DNA of 64,000 nt from assembly GCA_965215505.1 (NCBI GenBank), contig OZ244065.1:5216001-5280000 (forward strand), read 5' to 3'. The DNA comes from Capsulimonadaceae bacterium (lineage in GTDB: Bacteria > Armatimonadota > Armatimonadia > Armatimonadales > Capsulimonadaceae). Below the pieces are notes generated by a model, which searched no databases, was not told the origin of the DNA, and saw nothing but the letters and a program-made list of their open reading frames with translations. Made by a program: the position numbers and the translations under genes. Position 1 is the first letter of the stretch. The number at the start of each line of letters is the position of its first letter. Below, piece by piece: positions 38,513 through 48,417 of this stretch.

Positions 38513-39727
38513 CTAGAACCGCAGCAGTACCTGGAACGTCAGCCGGTGCCGCACCTGCCCGCCCATGTCGCGAGGCACGTCGCGTAGATACTGGTACAGG
38601 CCCCGGAAGGTCAGGTTCGCGCTGGAAGCGTAGGTCAGGCCCAGCGACTCGCGTGAGGCGCTGCTGTTGCCCGTCGGGTACACGAACAGCGACTGCGAGA
38701 GGGCCACGCTGGTACGGCCGGTGAACCGGTAGTCCCCTTCCCCGTAGTACCCCAGCACGCGCTGGTCGCCGTCCGCCCCTACGACGACCTCGCCGCGCGC
38801 CGTGGTCCGGTGGAAGCCGTAAGAGGCGTCGCCGCCGATTCGGCTCTTGCTGGTGAAGCCGCCGCGGTCCGCGCGGACGCGCCCCGAGGGGGGCAGCTCG
38901 ACGGCGAAGGGATTAGCGGCCGTCAGGTCGGTGATCGGCAGCCGCCCTTGCAGGAGTGACCCGCCGACGTTGACGACGCCGTTGCGGGTCGTGAAGGTCC
39001 GGCCCAGCCGGAAGGTCACGACGCGGTTCGGATTCACGTCCAGGTGATTCGGCCCGGTGCCGGTCGTCAGGGAGAAGTCGTAGTTGAGGTAGCCATAGAG
39101 CCGGCCCGAGAGCGCCAGCCCGAAGTCCGTCCGCAGGCCGAGCGACTGGGCGTAGAGCGGCTGGAGGATCAGCAGGTGCGGGTCGTACACCGCCAGCAGG
39201 CCGAACGGGATCTGGAACTGGCCCGCCTTCAGGTAGGCCGTCGAGTTGAAGTCCCGCTCGACCGGCAGCCGGTAGAGTACATAGGCTTCCCCGATCTGGA
39301 TGTCCTTCCCGTGCCCGACGTCGGGTGGGTCCTCCGCGATGACCTGGAAGAATACGTTGCCGCGTGCCTCGCCCTTGCGCGAGATCCGGTGCTGCAAGTC
39401 CAGCTCGGCCGTGTTGACCCAGACGCCGCCGCGCCGGCCCGTGTCGGACGTGCGCGTGCGGACGTCCAGCGCGCCGTTGACCAGCGCGCCGTGCCCGAGC
39501 GGGATGGGGTCGGGCAGCGGGACTTCGGGCGGCGGCTGGTCGGTCGCCGGCGGCAGCGAGGGACCGTCGGCGTCCGCGTCCGGCGATCGCAGATGGGGCG
39601 CGGCGGCCGTGGGGCCGGCGGCTGGCGCGGCTGGCGGCGCGGGCGCTTGACTCCGGGCGGCCAGGGGCGTCAGGAGCAGAGCCGCGCAGGCGGACAGGAC
39701 GGGGCTAAATCGAGGAAAAAATGGCAT
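38513..39727 (-). CDS. Putative outer-membrane beta-barrel/porin
   Basis: Signal peptide, KAGQFQIPFGL porin-like motif, alternating beta pattern, C-terminal Phe. Confidence 0.7.
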   Translation of the reverse strand: MPFFPRFSPVLSACAALLLTPLAARSQAPAPPAAPAAGPTAAAPHLRSPDADADGPSLPPATDQPPPEVPLPDPIPLGHGALVNGALDVRTRTSDTGRRGGVWVNTAELDLQHRISRKGEARGNVFFQVIAEDPPDVGHGKDIQIGEAYVLYRLPVERDFNSTAYLKAGQFQIPFGLLAVYDPHLLILQPLYAQSLGLRTDFGLALSGRLYGYLNYDFSLTTGTGPNHLDVNPNRVVTFRLGRTFTTRNGVVNVGGSLLQGRLPITDLTAANPFAVELPPSGRVRADRGGFTSKSRIGGDASYGFHRTTARGEVVVGADGDQRVLGYYGEGDYRFTGRTSVALSQSLFVYPTGNSSASRESLGLTYASSANLTFRGLYQYLRDVPRDMGGQVRHRLTFQVLLRF

Positions 39728-39784
39728 CAGCGGGCTAATCTCACTGGACAAACAGATGGGGGCATTCCTGGAAGCGGCTTTCTC

Positions 39785-39813
39785 TTGACACAGGGGCGTG
39801 ATTGTGACACAAT
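39785..39813 (+). promoter_or_regulatory. sigma70-like promoter for the GAF protein
   Basis: TTGACA-N17-CACAAT; ATTGTG-A-CACAAT palindrome overlaps the -10. Confidence 0.5.
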
Positions 39814-39909
39814 GACAGACAGTTCATCTCCCGCAGATGTTTCACGAATTTCGGAACGACCCGTGCCCACCCAGACCACGCGCCGACGCGCAAAGATAGG
39901 CTTCCACCC

Positions 39910-42519
39910 TTGATGGACTCCGCACCCAGCGCGCCCGTGATGACACTGGCCGAGCCGGCTGAAACCGCCGGGGAAGCGCCCGCCGCCAGCCAGGCCGACG
40001 CCCAGACCCAGGCCGATGCTCAGGCCGACACCCCGACCCGCGACGGGGGACTGGACCAGCACCTGGTCGCCCTGCATGAAGTCGTCGGGGCCGTCGCCCG
40101 CCAGAGCGACCCGCGCGCAACGCTGGCCCTCATCGCCGAGAAGGCCCGCCTCCTGACCGGCGCGGCCTCCGCCGCCGTCAGCCTCCTCGACGCCTCCCAG
40201 ACGCTGCTCGACTTCGCCGCCGTGGCCGGGGCGGACGCCGCCGACATCCTCGGCCAGACCGTGCGCGTCGCGGACGCCCTGGCCGGGCGGACCGCGCTGA
40301 CCGGCGAAGTATTCCTCACCCACAACCCCGACCCGAGCCAGCCCGAGGCCGGCACCGCCGACCCCACGGTCGCCGTCGGCGTGGGCGTCCGCTCGGCCAT
40401 GGTGGTGCCCCTTTATCTGGAAGGCAAGCCCGCCGGTGCCCTTTCCGTGCTGAACCGGCGCGGCGAGGGCGCGTTCAGCGGCGGCGACCTGCTCCGCCTC
40501 CAGACCCTGGCCGGCCTCGCCGCCCAGGCCCTGCGGCTGGACGGCCTGAAGCGGCAGGCGGCCCAGAAGCAGCAGGAACGCGACATCCTCTTCCGGGCCG
40601 CCCAGACCACTTCCTCGTCGCTGAACGTCCAGGACGTCCTGACCAGTGTGCTGGGCACCGTCTCGGGCAGCATGGACATGACGGCGGGGGCGGTCTATTT
40701 GCTCAACGACGAGCGGAACCGGCTCTATATCGGCGCGCACCGGGGCTTGGCCGAGGAGGACCAGGACCGGCAGCTCGCCGCCGACGGCACCAGTCAGGCC
40801 GCCCGTGCCCTCGCCTCCGGCCAGCCCCTGCGAGTCAATGATGTCGAGGAGAACGGCCCGGAAGACCTGCCGCTGCCGGGGATGCGCTCCCTCCTGCTCG
40901 CCCCCATGGTCGCCCGCTCCATCCCCGAAGGGCTTCTGGTCGTCGGCTCGCGCCAGGCGGGTGCCTACAGTGCTGCCGACGCCTCCCTGCTGTCCGCCGT
41001 CGCCAGTCAGGCCGCCGTCGCCCTGGAAAACGCCTGGCTCTATGAGGACGCCACGCGCCGCGCGCAGGAGGCCGCCGCCCTGTACGAGCTGTCCCAGTCG
41101 GTCGGGGCCACCCTGAACCTCAACCGCATGATCCACTTCGTCGCGGACAGCGTCCTGGCCCTGCTGCATGTGGACAAGTTCGCCCTGTTCCTCTATGACC
41201 CGGCCACGGACTGCCTCGAGATCAAGGTGTCCCGCAACATCCGCCGCGAGGCGGCCCAGGCCATGAAGCCGCGCATGGGCGAGGGCATCGCCGGGTGGGT
41301 GCTGGAGTTCGAGACGCCGACCGCCGTGCAGGACGTCGGGGCGGACCACCGCAACCGCTCCTGCCCCATCGACAACGAAGGGGTCACATCGCTCGTCAGC
41401 GTCCCGCTCCAGTCCGGCGACCACGTCATCGGGGTCCTCCACGCCATGAGCAGCCGCCGCCGCCTGTTCACCGTCGGCGAGATGGAGCTGCTCTATACCA
41501 TCGCCAACCAGACCGGGGCCGCCATCGCCAACGCCCGGATGTACGATGAGGCGCGGCAGAAGTCCGAGGAGATCCGCAAAGGCGTCCAGCGCATTGCCCG
41601 CGCCCTCGGCTCCTCCCTCGACGGCCGGCGCACCGCCCAGACCATCGCCGACCTCGCCCTGGAGATGACCGGGGCCGACCGCGCCCTGCTGTTCGCTTTG
41701 GACGCCCAGGGTACGCTCAGCGCACGGGCCGCCGTCAACTTCAAGTCCGCCCTCGCCGGGCTTGCCCCCATCCCCCTGTCGGACGGCGGGCGCGGCCCGG
41801 AAACGGCCACCTCCTTCGTCGCCCGGCGCGGGCGCTCACTGACCATCGAAGACTTCGCCAAAGACATGCGCTTCGTCCTCCCCGCCTTCGCCGCCCGTGA
41901 GCGCGTCGTGGGCTACCTCGGCGTGCCCCTGAAACTCGGGAAGGACGTGCTGGGCGTCCTGGAGGTCTACACGCGCGAGCCTCGGCGCTTCACGCCCGAC
42001 GAGATGCGCCTGATGATCACCTTCGCCAGCCAGGCCAGCGTGGGCCTGCAAAACGCGCTCCTGGTGGAGCAGGCCGGGCACCGCCTGGACGACCTCCAGG
42101 CGCTTGGGACCCTGGCCGAGATGGTGGCCCGGCGTCGGCCCGACGCGGAACTTTTCCCCACCGCTCTCCGTCTGCTGGGGGAAGCCGCCCGTGCCGACGC
42201 CGGGGTCCTCCGGCTGTACGCGCCGCTGGACCGTGCGGACGTCTACCGGCGAGGCGAGCGGGACGAAGACGGCCGGGAGATGGAGGCGCTGCTGCGTGAC
42301 CTGGCCGGCTTAGTGGAGGGCGCGGAGCAGACCGCGCCCGCTTCGCTCGACCACGCGATGCCGACGCTGGTCGCGCCGATCCCCGCCTCGCCCGGCCGGC
42401 CCGCGTGGGGCGTGCTGATCCTGGTCCGTGCGCCCCAGCACCCCGGATTCGATGGCCACGAGCGCCGCCTGGCGGAGACGGCGGCGAACCTGCTCTCGGC
42501 CCGCCTGAACCCCGTCTGA
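39910..42519 (+). CDS. Multi-GAF sensor protein with no recognisable output domain
   Basis: Four clear GAF repeats (S.L.VPL......GVL......F...E..LL...A.QA..A..NA) plus a degenerate fifth. Confidence 0.85.
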   Translation: MMDSAPSAPVMTLAEPAETAGEAPAASQADAQTQADAQADTPTRDGGLDQHLVALHEVVGAVARQSDPRATLALIAEKARLLTGAASAAVSLLDASQTLLDFAAVAGADAADILGQTVRVADALAGRTALTGEVFLTHNPDPSQPEAGTADPTVAVGVGVRSAMVVPLYLEGKPAGALSVLNRRGEGAFSGGDLLRLQTLAGLAAQALRLDGLKRQAAQKQQERDILFRAAQTTSSSLNVQDVLTSVLGTVSGSMDMTAGAVYLLNDERNRLYIGAHRGLAEEDQDRQLAADGTSQAARALASGQPLRVNDVEENGPEDLPLPGMRSLLLAPMVARSIPEGLLVVGSRQAGAYSAADASLLSAVASQAAVALENAWLYEDATRRAQEAAALYELSQSVGATLNLNRMIHFVADSVLALLHVDKFALFLYDPATDCLEIKVSRNIRREAAQAMKPRMGEGIAGWVLEFETPTAVQDVGADHRNRSCPIDNEGVTSLVSVPLQSGDHVIGVLHAMSSRRRLFTVGEMELLYTIANQTGAAIANARMYDEARQKSEEIRKGVQRIARALGSSLDGRRTAQTIADLALEMTGADRALLFALDAQGTLSARAAVNFKSALAGLAPIPLSDGGRGPETATSFVARRGRSLTIEDFAKDMRFVLPAFAARERVVGYLGVPLKLGKDVLGVLEVYTREPRRFTPDEMRLMITFASQASVGLQNALLVEQAGHRLDDLQALGTLAEMVARRRPDAELFPTALRLLGEAARADAGVLRLYAPLDRADVYRRGERDEDGREMEALLRDLAGLVEGAEQTAPASLDHAMPTLVAPIPASPGRPAWGVLILVRAPQHPGFDGHERRLAETAANLLSARLNPV

Positions 42520-42654
42520 GGCCCCCGCCTGGCTGGAGGCTTTGTAACCTTCCCGCAACCTGATGCCGCGATGTCCGTGCTGATATCGGACCATTAGCGG
42601 GTAGAGTTATGGATATACCCCCGCAAATACTGCCGCACCCACTGAAAGCGCCCA

Positions 42655-43119
42655 ATGCCGGAACAAACCATCGGTCAACCTCTGAGCAGTACCCTCCGCA
42701 TCGAAGTCCCCGCCACGGCGGAGAACGTGGGTCGGGCGCGGCGCGCGGTCGCCGGATTCCTGCGCGACTGGGCCTGGGAGGCGGATGACGCCGACTCGCT
42801 CCTGCTCGCCGTAGGCGAGGCCTGTAATAACGCCGTCAACTACGGCGGCCAGGGCCAGGCCAACCCGCGCCTGACCGTCTGCTGCCTGTCTCTGGACGGC
42901 TGCCGGCTTCAGGTGGATGTCCGCAACCAGGGCAATGGCTTTCACCCAGACCTGGACGTGTGCGGCCTGATGCCCGACGCTGACTTCGCAACGCACGGCC
43001 GGGGCTTCGGTCTCATGCTGGCCCTCGTGGACGATGTCCAGGTCCTCGCGGACGGGGATAACACCGTCGTGCGCCTGACCAAATCCAGGGCTGCCGGCTC
43101 AGTCCTCCCGAGATCATAG
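42655..43119 (+). CDS. RsbW-like anti-sigma factor Ser/Thr kinase
   Basis: LAVGEACNNAVNYG, VRNQGNGF, GRGFGLMLALVDDV. Confidence 0.88.
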   Translation: MPEQTIGQPLSSTLRIEVPATAENVGRARRAVAGFLRDWAWEADDADSLLLAVGEACNNAVNYGGQGQANPRLTVCCLSLDGCRLQVDVRNQGNGFHPDLDVCGLMPDADFATHGRGFGLMLALVDDVQVLADGDNTVVRLTKSRAAGSVLPRS

Positions 43120-43350
43120 GCCGAAAATCGCCGTTATTTTTTTGCCAGGTCGGCTGAATCCCGTTTATATCTGGTATACTGTAAGCGAAACCGGGTTTCC
43201 CCCGGCAATTTCCTTCTTGCATCGGTCCGCTGCCTTCCGCTACGACTTCCTCGGCTCCTTCGGCTTCATTTCCGTCGTGTCTTTGAAATCTCCCGTGACG
43301 GCCTCACTGCTTGCGCGAGGAATCTGATACGCGAAAGGAGCCATTCCCTT

Positions 43351-43704
43351 ATGGCAACCAAACTCTACGTCGGCAATCTGAGCTATCAGACCAACGACCA
43401 GTCCCTGCACGATCTGTTCTCCGAAGCCGGCAGCGTCTCCAGCGCCCAGGTCGTCACCGACCGTGACACCGGCCAGTCTCGCGGCTTCGGCTTCGTCGAG
43501 ATGTCCACCGAGGCCGAGGCCCAGGCGGCCATCTCCGCCCTGAACGGCCGCAACGTGGACGGCCGCGCCCTGGCCGTCAACGAGTCCCGCCCGCGTGAAG
43601 GCGGCGGTGGCGGCGGCAGCCGTGGCGGCGGTGGTGGCTACGGCGGCGGTGGCCGCAGCGGCGGCGGTGGCGGCTACGGCGGCGGCGGCGGCAGCCGCTA
43701 CTAA
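43351..43704 (+). CDS. RRM RNA-binding protein with Gly-rich tail
   Basis: LYVGNL (RNP2), SRGFGFVEM (RNP1), GGGGY repeats. Confidence 0.96.
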   Translation: MATKLYVGNLSYQTNDQSLHDLFSEAGSVSSAQVVTDRDTGQSRGFGFVEMSTEAEAQAAISALNGRNVDGRALAVNESRPREGGGGGGSRGGGGGYGGGGRSGGGGGYGGGGGSRY

Positions 43705-43715
43705 GATCGAACCAG

Positions 43716-43751
43716 GCGCGACCGGTCCCTTGCGGGCCGGTCGCGCTTCTT
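43716..43751 (+). terminator. Intrinsic terminator after the RRM gene
   Basis: GCGCGACCGGTCC-CTTGC-GGGCCGGTCGCGC-TTCTT. Confidence 0.7.
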
Positions 43752-43816
43752 GGTCTGGCCCCCGCTTTGAACCGAGACGGCCTGCGCCGGGACGCAGGCA
43801 GAAACGCAGGGAAGGC

Positions 43817-44155
43817 ATGATGTCAAAAACCGTGATCCAAGATCTGACCAGCGGCTCCATGGAGGGCACCTTTGAAGAGGCCGTGACCTCCGTCCAGAAC
43901 TACGGCTTCTCGCAGTCTGTCTTTGAAGTGGAAAGGCTGGCCGACCCGAAGGCCGGACCCGCCGCAAAGTCCGAGGCCGGCGAAGTCCTGGTGCTGCGCC
44001 CGAGCGCGACCCAAGCCGGACACTCGCTGATGAAGCCCGGCGACCAGGTGCGCTGCCTGGGACTGCGGAAGACCGCCTCGGGCGGGCCGGGCCTGTATCG
44101 CATCCGCCGCATGGCGGAGGGACTGGGCCGGAAGACCATGACCGAACGAGTCTGA
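43817..44155 (+). CDS. Hypothetical protein
   Basis: GGGAAGG RBS before ATG 43817; host-like codon usage. Confidence 0.6.
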   Translation: MMSKTVIQDLTSGSMEGTFEEAVTSVQNYGFSQSVFEVERLADPKAGPAAKSEAGEVLVLRPSATQAGHSLMKPGDQVRCLGLRKTASGGPGLYRIRRMAEGLGRKTMTERV

Positions 44156-44190
44156 GGGATTCCTCCGACCGTCCATAAGGGAGACAAGCA

Positions 44191-44304
44191 ATGGGTGACA
44201 AACGCAAGCCGCTGAAGAAGAAAAAAGACGCGCCCGCAGCCGCCAAGCCGGTGCCCATCGAGGCGAAGCCCGCAGCGGCAGGCCCGAAAAAAGACGCCAG
44301 ATAG
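44191..44304 (+). CDS. Small basic Lys/Ala/Pro-rich protein (37 aa, absent from ORF track)
   Basis: MGDKRKPLKKKKDAPAAAKPVPIEAKPAAAGPKKDAR; AAGGGAG RBS. Confidence 0.5.
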   Translation: MGDKRKPLKKKKDAPAAAKPVPIEAKPAAAGPKKDAR

Positions 44305-44433
44305 CCGCGGCACAGATCAGGCCGCAGTCCCGCCGCCCGGCAGGGCCATGAGGCCCTGCCGATTTTTCGTCCCCGAACCGGCGGGAGCGGGTATAATAGC
44401 CCTCGAAACGCGCACCGCGCGCAGTGAGGCGCT

Positions 44434-45771
44434 ATGGCTGACAACCCGATATCCGATCCCAACCCCGTCCCTTCCGCTCCCGGCCCGACGCCCGAGTCGT
44501 CCTTCAACCTCGACGCCCGCCGCCCGACCGGGAGGCCCGTCTACGAGTCCACCCTGCTGCCGCCGCGCAAGCGGCGTCGCTTCTCGCCCTGGCTGATCGT
44601 CCCCGGCCTGCTCGTCATCCTCGTCGCCATCCTTTATTTCCTCATCTTCGGCCCCAAGCCGCGCCGCATCGTGGACACAGCAGGCACCATAGTCTACGCC
44701 TCGGACGCCGGCTCGCCCGGCGTCACCCACCTGTGGAGCGCCCCGGCGGGCGGCGGCGCGGGGCACCCCCTGACCTCCGGGTCCGGGGGCGACTCTGCGC
44801 CCGCCTTCTCCGCCGACGGCAGCCAGATCGTGTTCCTGTCGAACCGCACCGGCGGGCAGAACCAGGTCTGGCTGATGGACGGCGACGGCAAGAACCCCAT
44901 CGCGGTGACGCGCGAGGGCGGTGCCAAAGCGGAGCCTGCCTTCGCTCCGGGCAGCAACTCCCTGCTCGGCTATCTGTCCGGCGCGTCCCTCGCCGTCCTC
45001 AACATCGGCAAGGGCGGTGCCTCCATCCTCCTGCCCGCCCCGGCCGGGCAGGCCGCCCGCCCCGATGCCACCGATTCCACGGACACCCGCCCGGTCCAGG
45101 CGTCGGACTCCACCGTGACGGCCTTCGCCTGGCAGCCGTCCGCCTCCGACCCGCTGAACCCCGGCCTCGCCGCCGTCCTGGACGTCGGGGGCATCCAGAC
45201 CCTGGCCGTCCTGCCGACCCTCGACGCCGCCCCGCGCCTGACCCAGAACGACAAGCCCGACGGCCCGCCGCTGGCCGCCGCCGACGGCCTCGCCCCCGCA
45301 TGGGCACCCGACGGGTCCAAGATGGCCGTCGCGCTGCTCCACGTCCAGGGGCTGGCCGGCGGGAAGAAAGCTTCCGGCCTGATCCAGTTCGACGCGCGCG
45401 GGACGGGGCAGGCGCCCCTCATCCCGATTATCCGGGACCCCGCGGTCGGCCCGCTCAACCCGGTCTATTCGCCGGACGGTGGCCTCATCGCCTTTGAAGT
45501 GTGGCGGCAGGCGGACCTCGCCAGCCGCACCCGCCTGGGGCTGTACATCATCCCCGCCGGGGGCGGCACGCCCAAGCTGATCGCCCCCGGCGATGCCGGG
45601 GCGGCCCAGTTCTCGCGCGACGGGCGTCAGATCTTTTTCCTCCGGCGGCGGGCCGACGGCGGGCACGACCTGTTCCAGGAGGGAGTAGACGGGACCGGCC
45701 CGGCTCGCCTCTCCGACGGCCGCTCCGACGTCACCGGCTTCGCCCTGTCCCCCCAGGCGGCCAAGCCTTGA
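44434..45771 (+). CDS. TolB-like / PD40 beta-propeller membrane-anchored protein
   Basis: Repeated PAFSADG, PAWAPDG, PVYSPDG, FSRDG; N-terminal TM. Confidence 0.85.
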   Translation: MADNPISDPNPVPSAPGPTPESSFNLDARRPTGRPVYESTLLPPRKRRRFSPWLIVPGLLVILVAILYFLIFGPKPRRIVDTAGTIVYASDAGSPGVTHLWSAPAGGGAGHPLTSGSGGDSAPAFSADGSQIVFLSNRTGGQNQVWLMDGDGKNPIAVTREGGAKAEPAFAPGSNSLLGYLSGASLAVLNIGKGGASILLPAPAGQAARPDATDSTDTRPVQASDSTVTAFAWQPSASDPLNPGLAAVLDVGGIQTLAVLPTLDAAPRLTQNDKPDGPPLAAADGLAPAWAPDGSKMAVALLHVQGLAGGKKASGLIQFDARGTGQAPLIPIIRDPAVGPLNPVYSPDGGLIAFEVWRQADLASRTRLGLYIIPAGGGTPKLIAPGDAGAAQFSRDGRQIFFLRRRADGGHDLFQEGVDGTGPARLSDGRSDVTGFALSPQAAKP

Positions 45772-45843
45772 AGAAGCTTTCCAGGCCGATCAAAGCCGCC
45801 CGGCCCGGCCCCCCTGCAACCGGCCTTCCTGCGACTGGAGTTC

Positions 45844-45872
45844 TTGCAAAGGGCGAACGCCTGTGGTATACT
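45844..45872 (+). promoter_or_regulatory. sigma70 promoter for the fliA unit
   Basis: TTGCAA-N17-TATACT with extended TG. Confidence 0.65.
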
Positions 45873-45931
45873 GGGGGACATTTAGAAAGTGACCAAGGCG
45901 CTTTCCCGCAGCCGGCCCCTGTTCCGCGCCG

Positions 45932-46249
45932 ATGAACCAATTTCTGGAACACCTGCCCTGGCGCGTGGCGTCCCTCGCTGGGCTGATGGTGGGCGCAATC
46001 AGCCTGGCCACCGGCGCGGACATCTGGGCGTGCCTGCTGCGCGTCGGGGCCGCCTTCTTTTTGTTCGGCGTGGTCGGCCTGGGCCTGCGCGCCGTGCTGC
46101 GGCAGAGCGCCGCCGTCACGCCGCCACCGCACGTCCCCGGCCCGCGCGGGGCGGACCACCGGGGCCAGCGCTTCGACCAAACGACGCCCGCCGACGAGGC
46201 TGGCCCGAATGCGCCCGCCGCCCCGAATGCTAATGACGTGAATAAGTGA
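45932..46249 (+). CDS. Small 2-TM hypothetical protein upstream of fliA
   Basis: Two hydrophobic segments; 13 nt from fliA. Confidence 0.7.
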   Translation: MNQFLEHLPWRVASLAGLMVGAISLATGADIWACLLRVGAAFFLFGVVGLGLRAVLRQSAAVTPPPHVPGPRGADHRGQRFDQTTPADEAGPNAPAAPNANDVNK

Positions 46250-46262
46250 TGTGAAGTAATCT

Positions 46263-47051
46263 ATGACAACCGCAGCCACCGTCAACCTCCCGGACCTCTG
46301 GAAACGCTTCAAGCAGCGCAAGGACCAGAAGGCGCGCGATCAGATCATCAACCACTACGCCTACCTCGTGAAGATCACCGCGGGCCGCGTCGTGACCAGC
46401 CTGCCGCCGAACCTGGAGCGCGACGACCTGGTCAGCGCGGGCGTCATGGGCCTCATCAAAGCCGTGGACCAGTTCGACGTCACCCGCCAGGTCAAATTCG
46501 AGACCTATGCCATCGCCCTGATCCGCGGTGCCATCCTGGAAATGCTGCGCGAGGAAGACTGGGTCCCCCGCTCGGTCCGCGACAACGTCAAGGCCCTGGA
46601 ACGCACCTATTACCAGCTCGAAGTCAAGCTGGGCCGGCCCGCCACCGAGGAGGAAGTCGCGACCGAGATGGGGCTGACCGAGGCCGAGCTGCTGAAGCTC
46701 CTGGTCAACACCAGTCGCGCCAACATCCTCTCCCTCGACGACACCCTTAATATCGGCGGCAGCGACGGCGAATCCCTGACCCGGCGCGACGCCCTCCAGG
46801 ATGAGAACGCCAACGTCGCCGCCGACGTCGAGGCCGCCGCCATGAAGACCTCGCTCGCCGCCGGCATCGACCGCCTCCCCGACCGCGAGCGGCTGGTCAT
46901 CTCCCTCTACTACTACGAGGGCCTGACCTTCAAGGAGATCGGCAAAGTCCTCACCGTCTCCGAATCCCGCGTCTACCAGCTCCACACCCAGGCCGTCCTG
47001 CGGATGCGCGGCTACCTCCAGCGCGACACCCCGCTGTTCCAGAAGAACTAG
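46263..47051 (+). CDS. fliA: RNA polymerase sigma-28 factor (FliA/WhiG)
   Basis: DLVSAGVMGL, FETYA..IRGAIL..LR..DWVPRS, LYYYEGLTFKEIG.VL.VSESRVYQLH. Confidence 0.95.
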   Translation: MTTAATVNLPDLWKRFKQRKDQKARDQIINHYAYLVKITAGRVVTSLPPNLERDDLVSAGVMGLIKAVDQFDVTRQVKFETYAIALIRGAILEMLREEDWVPRSVRDNVKALERTYYQLEVKLGRPATEEEVATEMGLTEAELLKLLVNTSRANILSLDDTLNIGGSDGESLTRRDALQDENANVAADVEAAAMKTSLAAGIDRLPDRERLVISLYYYEGLTFKEIGKVLTVSESRVYQLHTQAVLRMRGYLQRDTPLFQKN

Positions 47052-47154
47052 GCTCTCGCTTCTAGCCACGGTTTGCTATATTCGCCCTAGAATCAATGAC
47101 GCTGGGACTGTAAGGCATTACGATTGAGTTTCGCAAGAGGTTGGTAGCTGTATA

Positions 47155-48108
47155 ATGAAGCACAAGAACAAGTACGGCCTTAAACGTGACATTCCCAGCA
47201 GTGTCCGCAGGGAAATCAGGCAGCGTTGCGGCTTTGGGTGCGTAGTGTGCGGGATGGCGATCTACGAGTATCATCATTTTGATCCACCATATTGTGATGC
47301 AAAGCAGCATGACCATAATAAAATCATGCTGCTTTGTCCTGGTTGTCATACTCGTGCTACATCGGGTCTGTTATCAAATGATTTTCTTCTAAAGGCTAAC
47401 CAGAACCCGAAAGGCAAAGAACTAGGGTTTTCCTATTTCGGACTTGACATCGGGGAAAATCAGCCTCGTGTTAAGTTAGGCACACTCACGCTTTAATCTG
47501 TCAACAGCTTGATTGAGATTGGCTCTAGTCGTTTCTTCAACATACTTCCTCCTGAAGCACCTGGAGGCCCATTCCGTCTCACAGCATATTTTTTGAACAG
47601 ATATGGAAAATTAATTGCTCGTATCGAAGAAAATGAATGGCGTAGTATCGGCTCGAATTGGGATGTCGAGTTCACTGGCACTAAGATCACCGTTAGGGAA
47701 CAAAAAAGCGACATTGCCCTTGTGATTCGAGCGGATGCCCCACATGGCTTGATTGTTGAGAGAATGAATATGTGGTTTCAAGGAATGAATCTATCCATAG
47801 AAGATAATGGCGATTTCGTCATCAAAGGCCCAATGTGTGCGGGTGGTCTACAGAAACGTTTGTGCCTCCACAATGTGACCATCGAGAACGTCAAAGTTGG
47901 CCTCAAAATGCCTCATGGAGGTTCCAGTTACTGGAGAAACTTCTCTAATGAAGACCAGAACTATGATTGGCAACTCTCAGGCGATGGAAAGGGCGGTCTC
48001 GATTTTCAGCACCAACCGGTGACTCCTGGTGCCGTTCTTCGGCGTAAGCCCTATATAAGTTCGACGGAACTCACTCCAGGAGCAACAATATTCATTAATG
48101 AAAAGTAG
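47155..48108 (+). pseudogene. HNH endonuclease-domain gene with one in-frame stop (TAA 47494-47496)
   Basis: ORFs 47155-47496 and 47509-48108 share a frame and only one stop separates them; RQRCGFGCVVCG...YHHFDP...LLCPGCH HNH motif; low GC. Confidence 0.75.
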
Positions 48109-48417
48109 TGAAGATGTGCAGGCAAAGTTCGGCCGATATTCGGTGAATAAAGAGAATAATGGGATTAAAATTCTGCTGGTAGAACCAACTGCGCTATCTC
48201 CTTATGTAGTGGGTATGGCACCCTGGACAGCTTCACAATCGTCTGGAAAGCGTCTGAAACCTCTCGCGAGGCGCTGGGCTATGAAGCCACACGGGACTAC
48301 TACAAGCGGCTGCCGAACTTCGAGCAGCTTTACGAGGCCGGGCACATCACGACCCTGTTTGACATGGTAGTCGGCATATTCCGAGGCCACGCCAACATCG
48401 ACCTCAGACTAGAATAA
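48098..48417 (+). pseudogene. Small hypothetical gene, probably frameshifted at GTGGG 48209-48213
   Basis: Adding one G gives ...SPYVVGYGTLDSFTIVWKASETSREALGYEATRDYYKRLPNFEQLYEAGHITTLFDMVVGIFRGHANIDLRLE*. Confidence 0.35.

Noticed and set aside
43606-43700. GGC-rich tandem repeats
   Set aside because: Encode the Gly-rich tail of the RRM protein
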